Assembly (NCBI GenBank): GCA_964597145.1
Contig: CAZQWH010000004.1
Span: 195 to 64,194, forward strand
DNA from: an uncultured Candidatus Saccharibacteria bacterium
Lineage (GTDB): Bacteria; Patescibacteriota; CAZHWT01
Length of the DNA: 64,000 nucleotides
Direction: 5' to 3'
A program made the translations under genes and the position numbers. A model generated the notes under the pieces. It saw only the letters and a list, made by a program, of their open reading frames with translations. It was not told the origin of the DNA and searched no databases. Positions 9,442-18,731 of this stretch are shown here, one piece after another. How positions within the stretch are numbered: position 1 is the stretch's first letter; every line of letters starts with the position of its first letter.

Positions 9442-9896
9442 TGTGGTCTTTATTAGGATGGCTATGGCGAAGACTGGGTAGTCTACGGTGGCCACTAATG
9501 TGGCTATTAAGCCCTAAGTATACTGTCGGAGTAAATGCAATTATCATCGATAAAGAAGGCAGAATCTGGCTGCAGCAACATCGATTCTGGCCGAATACTG
9601 CTTGGGGATTGCCCGGTGGAATAATGAAAGCAAACGAATCACCAGATAATGCACTCCGACGGGAAATTAGGGAAGAAATAGGTTTGGAGTTACAAGAAAT
9701 ACAGATTGTTGCCACCGAGATGTTTCATCGTCGAGGAGTCACACTGTATTATACGGCGCAGGCTGGCGAGGGAACTGTTCGTTTAGATCCTAAAGAGCTG
9801 CTTGATGGCCAGTATTTTGACCTCAAATCTTTGCCCGTGCCCATGTTGCCCGCTCATCACAAGCTTGTACAGTTATACAGTAAACATGGAGGATAA
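9438..9896 (+). CDS. NUDIX hydrolase
   Basis: Nudix box GLPGGIMKANESPDNALRREIREEIG (GX5EX7REUXEEXGU); overlaps dcd stop (ATGA). Confidence 0.8.
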   Translation: MMWSLLGWLWRRLGSLRWPLMWLLSPKYTVGVNAIIIDKEGRIWLQQHRFWPNTAWGLPGGIMKANESPDNALRREIREEIGLELQEIQIVATEMFHRRGVTLYYTAQAGEGTVRLDPKELLDGQYFDLKSLPVPMLPAHHKLVQLYSKHGG

Positions 9897-9900
9897 GTGA

Positions 9901-10377
9901 ATGAAGGTAAAAATTAAGCGAGTCGACACTAGTCTGCAGCTACCCGAATATGAAACAGCTGGGGCAGCTGGGTTTGATTTTTTAGCCCGTGAAGAGACAG
10001 TGATTAAACCCCAACAAATTATGCTAATCCCTGGGAATGTGATTGTGGAGACTCCCCAAAACTATATGCTAGCAGTTGTCAGCCGATCCTCCACGCCCCA
10101 AAAGCGGGGATTACAGCTGCCTCATGGTATTGGGATTATCGACTCAGATTACCGTGGTCCAGATGATGAAATCTGGATCCAAGTCTATAACTTTACCGAT
10201 CAGCTAGTAACGGTGCATCGTGGAGATAAAATCGCTCAAGGTATATTTATCCCCGTGGTTCAGGCTACTTGGGAAGAAGTAGGAGAGGTCACTGCGCCCA
10301 CCCGAGGTGGTGGAGGATCAACCGGAGGGTATGTTGGTGGACTAGATGAATTAGGCATAGATAGCCGAGAGGAGTAA
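9901..10377 (+). CDS. dut: dUTP diphosphatase (dUTPase)
   Basis: AGAAGFDF, IIDSDYRG and glycine-rich C-terminal motif typical of trimeric dUTPase. Confidence 0.9.
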   Translation: MKVKIKRVDTSLQLPEYETAGAAGFDFLAREETVIKPQQIMLIPGNVIVETPQNYMLAVVSRSSTPQKRGLQLPHGIGIIDSDYRGPDDEIWIQVYNFTDQLVTVHRGDKIAQGIFIPVVQATWEEVGEVTAPTRGGGGSTGGYVGGLDELGIDSREE

Positions 10378-10382
10378 TTTGT

Positions 10383-11006
10383 ATGGCCAAACGAGGTGTT
10401 TTAGTCTCATTCGAAGGCGGAGAAGGGGTTGGTAAAAGTACGGTCATTAAAAATGTAACTGAAAGGTTGCTGATGGACGGAGTTAACCTGATTAACGTAC
10501 ATGAGCCAGGTGGAGTAGAAATTAGCAAGAAAATCCGCGAAATTACGCATGATACTCATTTTATGCATATGGATTATCGGACAGAAGCTTTGCTCATGGC
10601 CGCTTCCCGGGCTCAAATTATTAAAGAGGTCTATGTTCCGGCTTTAGATAAAGGCAGCCTAGTCCTAGCCGATCGCTATGTCGACTCATCGTATGCTTAT
10701 CAGTCATTTGGCCGTGGTTTAGAGTTTGCCGAAATTAAACAAATTAACACCTTTGCCACCGAGGGTCTATTGCCAAATCGAACTTTCTTACTCGATGCGC
10801 CAGTAGAAATGGGTCATAAGCGTCGAGATGAAAGCTCGGCTCGGGATCGCTTTGATACAGAAGGTATTGAGTTTTTTGAGCGAGTCCGTCAAGGGTATCT
10901 TTATTTGGCCAATGCAGAACCAGAGCGGTTTGTCGTCTTAGATGCAACCCAGTCAGCCGATGTTATTGCCCAGCAAGTCTACGCCGAAATTAATCAGTTA
11001 ATATAA
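10383..11006 (+). CDS. tmk: thymidylate (dTMP) kinase
   Basis: P-loop VSFEGGEGVGKST, DRY motif (LADRYVDSS), LID region. Confidence 0.9.
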   Translation: MAKRGVLVSFEGGEGVGKSTVIKNVTERLLMDGVNLINVHEPGGVEISKKIREITHDTHFMHMDYRTEALLMAASRAQIIKEVYVPALDKGSLVLADRYVDSSYAYQSFGRGLEFAEIKQINTFATEGLLPNRTFLLDAPVEMGHKRRDESSARDRFDTEGIEFFERVRQGYLYLANAEPERFVVLDATQSADVIAQQVYAEINQLI

Positions 11007-11036
11007 GTCAAATGAAGGTAGGTATGTAAGGCATAT

Positions 11037-11618
11037 ATGAAGCAACGTCACTATAAAAATATTGCCCTCTCCGGGGATGTTGGCACCGGCACCACCACCT
11101 TAGGCCGAAACCTGGCTGCCACTCTAGATTGGCAGCACACCAATGCTGGGGCATACTTTCGGGCTTGGCATCGAGAAAAGGGCATTCCGTTAGAACAAGT
11201 CGAGGCGATTCCAGAAGAGGTGGATCGTGAGTTGGATCATAGATTTAAAACTGACATGTCGCGAATGGAAAAGCATGTGTTTGAATCTCATTTAGCTGGT
11301 TGGTTGGCTAAAGATTTGCCATTAACCTACAAAATATTGTGTATTGCCGAAGAACGAGTAACGATGGAGCGAATTGCTGCCCGAGAGTCGTGGAGCCTAG
11401 CGGACGCGCGCAAATTCTCAACTAAGCGGACGCAAGGGTTAAATCAAAAGTTTAATCAGCTCTACGGAGTAAAAGACCCGTATAATGCAGATTTTTTTGA
11501 CTTGGTTATAGATACTACCGATTTAAGTGCTGGCAGAGTGCTCGACTTGGCCTTGAAAAATTTCTTGGAAGCACAATCTGGTGGACATGATTTAGCGGCG
11601 GTGCTGGATGTAGAATAA
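11037..11618 (+). CDS. P-loop nucleoside/nucleotide kinase, cytidylate-kinase-like
   Basis: IALSGDVGTGTTTLGRNLAATLDWQHTNAGAYFR resembles CMP kinase N-terminus; follows dcd-dut-tmk. Confidence 0.45.
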   Translation: MKQRHYKNIALSGDVGTGTTTLGRNLAATLDWQHTNAGAYFRAWHREKGIPLEQVEAIPEEVDRELDHRFKTDMSRMEKHVFESHLAGWLAKDLPLTYKILCIAEERVTMERIAARESWSLADARKFSTKRTQGLNQKFNQLYGVKDPYNADFFDLVIDTTDLSAGRVLDLALKNFLEAQSGGHDLAAVLDVE

Positions 11619-11712
11619 CGCTCAATCAGATTGCAATCTTATCCCTGTCGCTGTAGAATACCTAGCAACTTGTCGTGAGGACAAGTTAGCCCAAGCAAGA
11701 GAGGACTAAAAC

Positions 11713-11928
11713 ATGAAGGTGATTGCAAACACGGCTGCGGGCAGAGACTTGGAAAGGATTGAATTGAGGTCCAATACAAATTCGTTTAAATTGGTAGCAA
11801 CAATCATTGTTCCTCCAGAATTTGCCCAGACAGCAGAACAGCGTGATACCTGGCGGATGGCAGTCGAGCGTTGTCGAGCTTTAGCTCGGGCTAATCAGGC
11901 CATAAATACCAGCGGAGAAGATGACTAA
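11713..11928 (+). CDS. small hypothetical protein (71 aa)
   Basis: GAGG RBS 8 nt upstream, followed by GC hairpin terminator; no family recognised. Confidence 0.3.
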   Translation: MKVIANTAAGRDLERIELRSNTNSFKLVATIIVPPEFAQTAEQRDTWRMAVERCRALARANQAINTSGEDD

Positions 11929-11963
11929 ATGCCATTTGCCAGTACTAGCTAAAGTAGTAGACA

Positions 11964-11996
11964 TTGGCACCGGCGGGGCACAAATACCCCGCCAAA
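11964..11996 (+). terminator. hairpin terminator after small ORF, upstream of ileS
   Basis: GGCGGGG-cacaaata-CCCCGCC followed by aaatctttctt. Confidence 0.4.
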
Positions 11997-12159
11997 TCTT
12001 TCTTAGCTAGTGCCTATCTCACTGGTAAAAGAAAATAATGGGCATAGCTACTAAATCGTCATGCATCATTCACTGAGTAAAAAGTAACCAGAGAGGTGTA
12101 AGCTGCTAATCACACCTAGTGTACAATCTGCGATATACTAAATACAAGATACTAACCTT

Positions 12160-15072
12160 ATGCCTTTTAAATCAGTAAGCTCACAAGTTGATTTTGTTGC
12201 CTTAGAACAAGAAGTTGCTCAATGGTGGCACCAAGAGCAAATTATTCAAAAGTACTTAAATCGTAACCATGCCAGCCAGCAAAAGTTTTCGTTTCTCGAT
12301 GGACCCCTAACCGCCAACAACCCAATGGGTGTGCATCATGCATGGGGACGAACCTACAAGGATGCCTATCAGCGGTTTCATAACATGCTTGGTCATCAGC
12401 AGCGCTTTCAGAATGGCTTTGATGAGCAAGGCTTATGGGTCGAAGTTGAAGTTGAAAAAGAGCTTGGGCTTCATACCAAAAAAGATATTTTAAACCTTGT
12501 GCCGGGAGACGAGTTTGCTTCGCTTGAAAAATTTATTAACCTTTGTAAAGAAAGAGTCGCCAAGTATTCCGCTGTTCAAACCGAGCAGTCAAAACGGCTG
12601 GGGTACTTTATGGATTGGCAAAACTCTTATCACACCTCAAGCGCCGAAAATAACTATTGGATTTGGCATTTCCTCAAAGTCTGTAACGACAAAGGTTGGA
12701 TCTATAAAGGTCATGACTCGGTACCATGGTGCCCACGCTGTGGTACAGCTATTTCTCAGATGGAAATACTAACCGAAGATTACAAAGAAGTTGTCCATGA
12801 GTCTATTTACTTTACACTTCCGCTAGCGAATCGAGAGGGTGAAAATCTACTGGTCTGGACCACTACCCCCTGGACCATCCCGGCCAATGTGGCAGTTGCA
12901 GTTAACCCCGAATTTGAGTATGTCCTAGTTCAAACTGAGAGTAGGTTAGTATGGGTAGGCAAAGAGGCCAACCAACGGTTGCAGTTGGGAGAGCCAATTA
13001 AGTCGGTCAAGGGGACCGAGCTAATTGGACAAACATATGCAGGAGCATTTGATTACCTGACTTCGGTTAAAAATGCTCGCCAAGAGCGACCCGAAACGTT
13101 TCATACGGTTATTCCGGCCAAAGATTTGGTGATTGAAGGTGAAGGTACCGGGCTAGTGCATATTGCCCCAGGGGCTGGGGCCGAAGACTTTAAGATTGGC
13201 AAGGAGCAAGAGCTAAGTGTTATTGCCCCCATCGACGAATCCGCCGAGTATGTAAGCGGTTTTGATTTCTTAACTGGCCAGAACGCCAAAAAACATCCTG
13301 AGCTGATCATTAACTATTTAACTGGACATGAAAAAGGCCGATTCTTATTTAAAGTTGAAAGGTATAAGCATCGGTATCCAATTTGCTGGCGGTGTAAAAC
13401 TGAGTTAGTCTGGCGAGTGGTTGATGAATGGTATATAGCAGTTGATGTTAAAGACGAATCGGGCAAGACATACCGAGAGCAAATGGTTGAAGTGGCTCAG
13501 TCAATTAACTGGCTACCATCATGGGGCTTGGATCGAGAATTAGATTGGCTTAAGAATTTAGGTGATTGGCTCATCTCAAAGAAGCGATTTTGGGGATTGG
13601 CCTTGCCTATTTATGAAGACATAGACGGTTCGTTTATTGTAGTGGGTTCACACGATGAGTTAAAAAAATTAGCGGTAGAGGGCTGGCCAGAATTTGAAGG
13701 TCATACGCCTCACCGACCATGGATAGATCAAGTTAAAATCAAATCACCAAAAACAGGTGCTATACTTAGTCGCATTCCAGATGTAGGCAACCCATGGCTA
13801 GACGCTGGCATTGTTTCATTCTCAACCATGCCCCAAGATTGGTTCCCTGCCGACTTTATTACTGAAAGTTTTCCAGGCCAGTTTAAAAACTGGTTCTATG
13901 CCCTCATCGCGATGTCAACCGTTCTAAAAAACGAACGGCAAGGAACCGAGCCATACCGGCCATTTAAAACCGTACTTGGCTATGGAACTGTTCGGGATGA
14001 GAAGGGCCAGGAGATGCATAAAAGTAAAGGTAATTCGATCGAGTTTAATGCGGCGGCCGAAACCGTTGGGGCAGAGTCGATGCGATGGCAGTATGTAACC
14101 GCTAACCCAGAAAATAACCTTAACTTTGGATTTGGCCCGGCCAAAGAAATTCAACGCCGGTTTTTCTTAATCTGGTGGAATACCTATAATTTTTTTGTGA
14201 CCTATGCCAATTTGGATGGGTGGGAGCCAAATAAAGCAAAAGCAATTCCAGTTACCCAGCGGCACGTCCTTGATCAGTGGATCCTTGGACAATTAAACGA
14301 ATTGGTAAAAGAATCAACAGATCAACTAGCTGCGTTTAATACCATGACGCCTTCCAGAGCCCTAGAACAGTTTGTTGTTGGGCAGTTATCAACCTGGTAC
14401 ATCCGTCGGTCTCGAAATAGGGTTGGCCCAACAGCCGCCGATATAACCGATAAACACGCCTTTTATCAGACAACCTATGAGGTATTAACAACTCTTTGCC
14501 AGCTAGGTGCCCCTTACTTGCCATACTTAACCGATAAAATGTATACAAACTTAACTAGTGGCAAATCCGTCCATCTGAGCAACTGGCCAAAAATCAACCA
14601 AGATAAGGCATTTGCATCGCGCGCTAAAGAGCTAAGAAATTCCATGATTGTAGCTCGCGACATAGTCGAGACAGCCCACGCTGAACGGGAAAAACTAGGG
14701 ATTAAGTTAAAGCAGCCTTTACTTAAAGCTATATACCAAGCACCCATCCCAAGTAAGCTCGAAGATGCTATCGAGCAATTGATAGCCGAAGAAATAAATG
14801 TCAAGAAAATTGAATTTGGACGGAAAAATATGGATCAGTCTGCGGTTGAGTTTGATCAAACGGTGACCACCGAACTCGCAGCTGAGCGAACTGCTCGCGA
14901 ATTAGTACGTGCCATTCAAGCCCAGCGCAAAAAACTTGGCTGTAAGCTAGATGCCGTAATTAAGGTAACCTTGCCAGATTGGCCAACTTCTCAGACCGAA
15001 GAAATTAAGCGGCTGACCCTGGCCAAAGAGCTAGTTAAGGGCGATGAATTGCACGTCGAAGTTGTCGGCTAG
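12160..15072 (+). CDS. ileS: isoleucyl-tRNA synthetase (class I, editing domain)
   Basis: FSFLDGPLTANNPMGVHHAWGRTYKD (HIGH-type region, IleRS-like), editing-domain WTTTPWTIPANVAVAV, WCPRCGTAISQMEI, KMSKS-type EMHKSKGN; 970 aa. Confidence 0.75.
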   Translation: MPFKSVSSQVDFVALEQEVAQWWHQEQIIQKYLNRNHASQQKFSFLDGPLTANNPMGVHHAWGRTYKDAYQRFHNMLGHQQRFQNGFDEQGLWVEVEVEKELGLHTKKDILNLVPGDEFASLEKFINLCKERVAKYSAVQTEQSKRLGYFMDWQNSYHTSSAENNYWIWHFLKVCNDKGWIYKGHDSVPWCPRCGTAISQMEILTEDYKEVVHESIYFTLPLANREGENLLVWTTTPWTIPANVAVAVNPEFEYVLVQTESRLVWVGKEANQRLQLGEPIKSVKGTELIGQTYAGAFDYLTSVKNARQERPETFHTVIPAKDLVIEGEGTGLVHIAPGAGAEDFKIGKEQELSVIAPIDESAEYVSGFDFLTGQNAKKHPELIINYLTGHEKGRFLFKVERYKHRYPICWRCKTELVWRVVDEWYIAVDVKDESGKTYREQMVEVAQSINWLPSWGLDRELDWLKNLGDWLISKKRFWGLALPIYEDIDGSFIVVGSHDELKKLAVEGWPEFEGHTPHRPWIDQVKIKSPKTGAILSRIPDVGNPWLDAGIVSFSTMPQDWFPADFITESFPGQFKNWFYALIAMSTVLKNERQGTEPYRPFKTVLGYGTVRDEKGQEMHKSKGNSIEFNAAAETVGAESMRWQYVTANPENNLNFGFGPAKEIQRRFFLIWWNTYNFFVTYANLDGWEPNKAKAIPVTQRHVLDQWILGQLNELVKESTDQLAAFNTMTPSRALEQFVVGQLSTWYIRRSRNRVGPTAADITDKHAFYQTTYEVLTTLCQLGAPYLPYLTDKMYTNLTSGKSVHLSNWPKINQDKAFASRAKELRNSMIVARDIVETAHAEREKLGIKLKQPLLKAIYQAPIPSKLEDAIEQLIAEEINVKKIEFGRKNMDQSAVEFDQTVTTELAAERTARELVRAIQAQRKKLGCKLDAVIKVTLPDWPTSQTEEIKRLTLAKELVKGDELHVEVVG

Positions 15073-15170
15073 TGCCACGGGATACAGAAGACTGGATTCA
15101 GGATTCGATTTTTGAAGGTGTAGTATCTCGCTACATTCTGGATTCCGCATCCAAATTTTCGGAGAAAATT

Positions 15171-16268
15171 ATGCAAACTGCCTGGTGGAAAAAATGGGAT
15201 TGGTGGTTGATTGGGTCAATGGTGCTACTGGTTGGCTTAAGTTTAACCATGCTCGTATCAATCACTATTGGCTCAGACCAGCCTTACGCTCGCAACCAAG
15301 CCCTATTTGTGTTAGCGGGGGCAGCGGTGTTTATTGTCGTTTCCCAAATTGACTACCGTTGGTTGGTTCAATTATCGCCAATATTATATGGAGCCTGCAT
15401 CGGGCTACTGTTGGTAGTGGCGGTATTTGCACAAATAACTCGGGGAGCGGCCAGCTGGTTAGAATTAGGATCCTTTTCCTTACAGCCCTCCGAGTTTATG
15501 AAAGTAGCCATTATCTTATTTATGGCGTTTATCTACATTCGTTTAGCCGACAGACAGTGGTTGGGAGTTAGACTAATAGCTGCCTATATAGTGGCGCTAA
15601 TTATCCCCATCATACTTGTTTTACTACAGCCAGATTTTGGCACAACCTTAGTAATTGTTGCTGCTTGGGTTGGGGTGGTTTGGATGAGTCCAATTAGTAA
15701 AAAAATACTAGCGGGGTTAGGCCTGAGTCTACTCGTCTTGTTGGTAGCAGGCTGGGCATTTTTAGCCCCTTATCAACAACAACGCGTTATTACCTTTATA
15801 AATCCTTCTGTCGACCCACTGGGACATGGATATAATGTGCTGCAATCTATTATAGCGGTCGGTTCTGGAGGCTGGCTGGGACAAGGTTGGGGTCGAGGTA
15901 CCCAGAGCCATTTAAACTTCCTCCCTGAACATCACACGGATTTTATTTTTGCTAGTCTCTCAGAAGAGTTAGGGTTCGTAGGTTCAATCAGTGTCTTGAT
16001 ATTGTATGGCGTTATTGTGTGGCGAGGTCTGCGAATAATCTGGGTATCCAACTCTCAGCGCGAAGTTATGATTGCGAGTGGTATTCTAACCATGCTCGTC
16101 GTCCAAACTGGAGTAAATATTGCGATGAATGTTGGATTAGCCCCCGTCACCGGAATCCCATTGCCATTGGTTAGTTATGGAGGAAGCTCGTTACTCGTGA
16201 CGGTTACGGCACTAGCGGTGATTCATAATATGTATCGCCAACACAAGATAAATCCACCTCCAATATAG
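15171..16268 (+). CDS. SEDS family peptidoglycan glycosyltransferase (FtsW/RodA/SpoVE)
   Basis: Multi-TM; conserved SEDS motifs (LQPDFGT, GLAPVTGIPLPLVSYGGSS); start set at ATG 15171 with GGAG RBS (track ORF starts at GTG overlapping ileS stop). Confidence 0.8.
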   Translation: MQTAWWKKWDWWLIGSMVLLVGLSLTMLVSITIGSDQPYARNQALFVLAGAAVFIVVSQIDYRWLVQLSPILYGACIGLLLVVAVFAQITRGAASWLELGSFSLQPSEFMKVAIILFMAFIYIRLADRQWLGVRLIAAYIVALIIPIILVLLQPDFGTTLVIVAAWVGVVWMSPISKKILAGLGLSLLVLLVAGWAFLAPYQQQRVITFINPSVDPLGHGYNVLQSIIAVGSGGWLGQGWGRGTQSHLNFLPEHHTDFIFASLSEELGFVGSISVLILYGVIVWRGLRIIWVSNSQREVMIASGILTMLVVQTGVNIAMNVGLAPVTGIPLPLVSYGGSSLLVTVTALAVIHNMYRQHKINPPPI

Positions 16269-16308
16269 GTAGTGTGGAAGGTATAACTAATCCGCAATTC
16301 AATCGTAG

Positions 16309-16337
16309 TTGACATTTAAGCCAAAAAACAGTATATT
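16309..16337 (+). promoter_or_regulatory. consensus sigma70-like promoter TTGACA-N17-TATATT for rplU-rpmA
   Basis: -35 16309-16314, -10 16332-16337; rplU ATG 9 nt downstream of -10, no SD: near-leaderless. Confidence 0.6.
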
Positions 16338-16346
16338 ACTTCAGTT

Positions 16347-16721
16347 ATGCAATACGCAGTTATCTCTACCGGCGGAAAACAATATATAGCTACCCCAGGC
16401 CAACAATTAGCAGTTGAATATTTGCCTCAAGCAGAAGGTCAATCAGTTGTGTTTGACCAAGTTCTGTTATCAGTTGATGGCAATAAAGTCGAAGTCGGCG
16501 CGCCAGCGGTTACTGGTTTAACCGTTTCTGCTACCGTGGTTAAACAAGGTTTAGGTGAAAAGATTCGGGTATTTAAATACAAGTCTAAAAGTCGCTATCG
16601 CCGCACTACCGGTCATCGGCAGAAAGAAACCATAGTTCGGATCGATACCATTGGCGGTGCTAAGTCAGCAGTTAAAAAATCTGAGGCTACCACCCCCAAA
16701 AAGGTCGAGGTTAAGGAGTAA
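16347..16721 (+). CDS. rplU: 50S ribosomal protein L21
   Basis: MQYAVISTGGKQY N-terminus, characteristic L21 core; lysine-rich C-terminal tail. Confidence 0.9.
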   Translation: MQYAVISTGGKQYIATPGQQLAVEYLPQAEGQSVVFDQVLLSVDGNKVEVGAPAVTGLTVSATVVKQGLGEKIRVFKYKSKSRYRRTTGHRQKETIVRIDTIGGAKSAVKKSEATTPKKVEVKE

Positions 16722-16728
16722 TTAGAAT

Positions 16729-16977
16729 ATGGCACATAAGAAAGCTGGTGGCTCCAAAGCCCGACAAAGTAGTAATCAACGCGGAAAACGCTTAGGCGTT
16801 AAAATCTTCGGTTCTCAACAAGTAAAAGCTGGAAATATTTTAATGCGTCAAAAAGGCACCAAGATGCATGCGGGCGAAGGCGTGGGCATGGGCCGTGATT
16901 TTACCTTATTTGCCTTAATTGATGGTGTAGTTGAATTTGGTATACATAAAGGCCGCAAATTAATCAGAGTTAAATAA
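16729..16977 (+). CDS. rpmA: 50S ribosomal protein L27
   Basis: MAHKKAGGS...GVKIFGSQ...[18 protein letters not shown] motif. Confidence 0.9.
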   Translation: MAHKKAGGSKARQSSNQRGKRLGVKIFGSQQVKAGNILMRQKGTKMHAGEGVGMGRDFTLFALIDGVVEFGIHKGRKLIRVK

Positions 16978-16988
16978 ATCATTCCCCA

Positions 16989-17016
16989 AAAATATTATAT
17001 TTAAATATAATATTTT
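16989..17016. promoter_or_regulatory. 28-bp perfect palindrome containing core TTATATTTAAATATAA (copy 1 of 3)
   Basis: aaaatattatattt|aaatataatatttt read directly; same 16-bp core at 30985-31000 and 63506-63521. Confidence 0.6.
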
Positions 17017-17033
17017 TTGTCACTAAAATAGTA

Positions 17034-17065
17034 CCAAAACAGCAGGCATTAGCCTGCTGTTTTGG
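17034..17065 (+). terminator. hairpin terminator after rpmA
   Basis: CCAAAACAGCAGGC-atta-GCCTGCTGTTTTGG followed by tatat. Confidence 0.5.
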
Positions 17066-17368
17066 TATATAACCTATCCATCTTGAACAGTGCCTGTCAA
17101 AATAGTGAGTCAGATCTTGTTCAACACTTCAGCTGTGGATACATCTAGGAGCGAACTCTGCAATAGCTGTGTCTATCTCGGACTTGATGATTGGCGAAAC
17201 TGCCACCAGCCATCCGGCAGGCACGCGCCACTTCAATGATTGGGAAAAAGAGATCATGGCGAGTCACAACCTTTGGCGAATTTATACGGTGATTCTGCCA
17301 AATTGTTAATCACTGTAAACCTTCGTATAAACCTTGGTCATTTTCCACAATAATGGTATTATGTTTCC

Positions 17369-18187
17369 ATGGCAGATCAATTAGTCCAACTCGACCACGA
17401 CGTTATATCTCCTAACCCCTTACAGCCCCGCGGCACCATTGCGCAGTCAAGTCTCAAGACATTAGCCGATTCAATTAAGGCCAACGGGATTCTAGAGCCG
17501 TTAGTGGTGGCCGACACCCCGGCTGGGTATCAAATCATCGCCGGTGAGCGGCGTTGGCGGGCGGCTAAGCTAGCCGGCCTTAAAACTGTTCCGGTGGTTA
17601 TTAAAAAAGTTAACCAGCGCGAAATGCTTGTCCTGTCAATTGTGGAGAACCTACATCGTGAGGACCTCAACGTTTTAGAAGAAGCCGCCGGGTATCGTAA
17701 ACTTGCCGATGATTTTAGTCTGACATTGCAGCAAATTAGTGAAAAAATGGGCCTAGCCGTTCCCACCATCTCCAATCGAATGCGCTTACTACGCTTACCC
17801 GATGCGGTAAAACAGTCGTTATTAGATGGAAAAATTCAGGAAGGACATGCCAAGAGTTTGGTTGGGTTAGAAGATCCCAACTTAATCTTTGAGGTCTTTA
17901 GTCAAGTAATTAAAAAACGCTTATCTATTTCCCAAACTGAAGAATTATGCCGCCGTTATCAGCAAGAAGAGCGCATGAACCAACGGGTGTTATTTAATGA
18001 TGAGGCCAAAAAAGTTGAGGGCAAACAACTGTCAAAATTAGAAGCAGTATTATCCAAGAAGTTAAAATGCAAGACCAAAATTATTAAGACAAAGCATCGA
18101 GTTAAGGTAGAATTCACTTTTCCTAATGATGAAAAGTTGGATTTTATTTTAAAACAGTTGGCTGATACTTCATTAGACCAGCTCTAA
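17369..18187 (+). CDS. ParB/Spo0J-family protein (ParB N-terminal nuclease-like + HTH)
   Basis: IAGERRWRAAKLAGLKTVPVVIK (ParB box II), LENLHRE; no parA adjacent in window. Confidence 0.75.
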   Translation: MADQLVQLDHDVISPNPLQPRGTIAQSSLKTLADSIKANGILEPLVVADTPAGYQIIAGERRWRAAKLAGLKTVPVVIKKVNQREMLVLSIVENLHREDLNVLEEAAGYRKLADDFSLTLQQISEKMGLAVPTISNRMRLLRLPDAVKQSLLDGKIQEGHAKSLVGLEDPNLIFEVFSQVIKKRLSISQTEELCRRYQQEERMNQRVLFNDEAKKVEGKQLSKLEAVLSKKLKCKTKIIKTKHRVKVEFTFPNDEKLDFILKQLADTSLDQL

Positions 18188-18195
18188 TGAAGTAT

Positions 18196-18725
18196 CTAGC
18201 GGCGACTCAAGAATCTATCTGCTAGCAAAATGGCATCTAAATCTGTAGTGTTACCCTTCAACGCCAGTTCCAGAAATTGGGGCCATGGCAACTCTTCAAC
18301 TTCAAAGTATTCCAGTGCTTCCGGCGTTGCTTTTTGCACTTTCTGGCTATTTTCGAGGATAAAAATATGCTTTTTGCCTATATTGTAGGCAGAGAAGTAA
18401 GAAGTACCAAGAACTATTGGCTTACCCTGGTGTAGCCAACTTCCTCCAAGACTTCGCGTTCAACAGCGTCTTGAGGGTCTTCATTGGTATTAATAAAACC
18501 ACCAATTAACTCGTTAAAAACTTTCTCTGGGCCTGGTCGAAAATGCTTGACGGTAACGACACTTTGCTCTGGGGTTAATACTATGGCCGTGGCAGTGTCG
18601 CCATCATGATAAAGATCAACATCATCCACAGCCCCGTTAGGTAGCTGAAAACGACGCTTAATAAGCTTGCGGAAGCCTGCCTTATACGGCTCTTCCTTTA
18701 ATTTTTTCCAAATAAGATCCACCAC
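18196..18725 (-). pseudogene. NUDIX hydrolase (ADP-ribose pyrophosphatase-like) interrupted by a frameshift
   Basis: Track ORF 18414-18725 ends right after Nudix box (EDPQDAVEREVLEEVGY); a second frame 18196-18413 continues GKPIVLGTSYFSAYNIGKKHIFIL... (typical post-Nudix-box region) to a stop. Confidence 0.55.
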
Positions 18726-18731
18726 TAGTCC

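Noticed and set aside
11930-12159. Possible T-box leader upstream of ileS
   Set aside because: No T-box consensus (AATTAGGGTGGNACCGCG-like) or specifier or antiterminator arrangement was recognised. The one clear hairpin is positioned as terminator of the upstream 71-aa ORF.
17040-17368. parS site or parA remnant upstream of parB-like gene
   Set aside because: No match to the TGTTNCACGTGAAACA parS consensus was seen, and short ORFs there lack kinase or ATPase motifs. The region is left unannotated.
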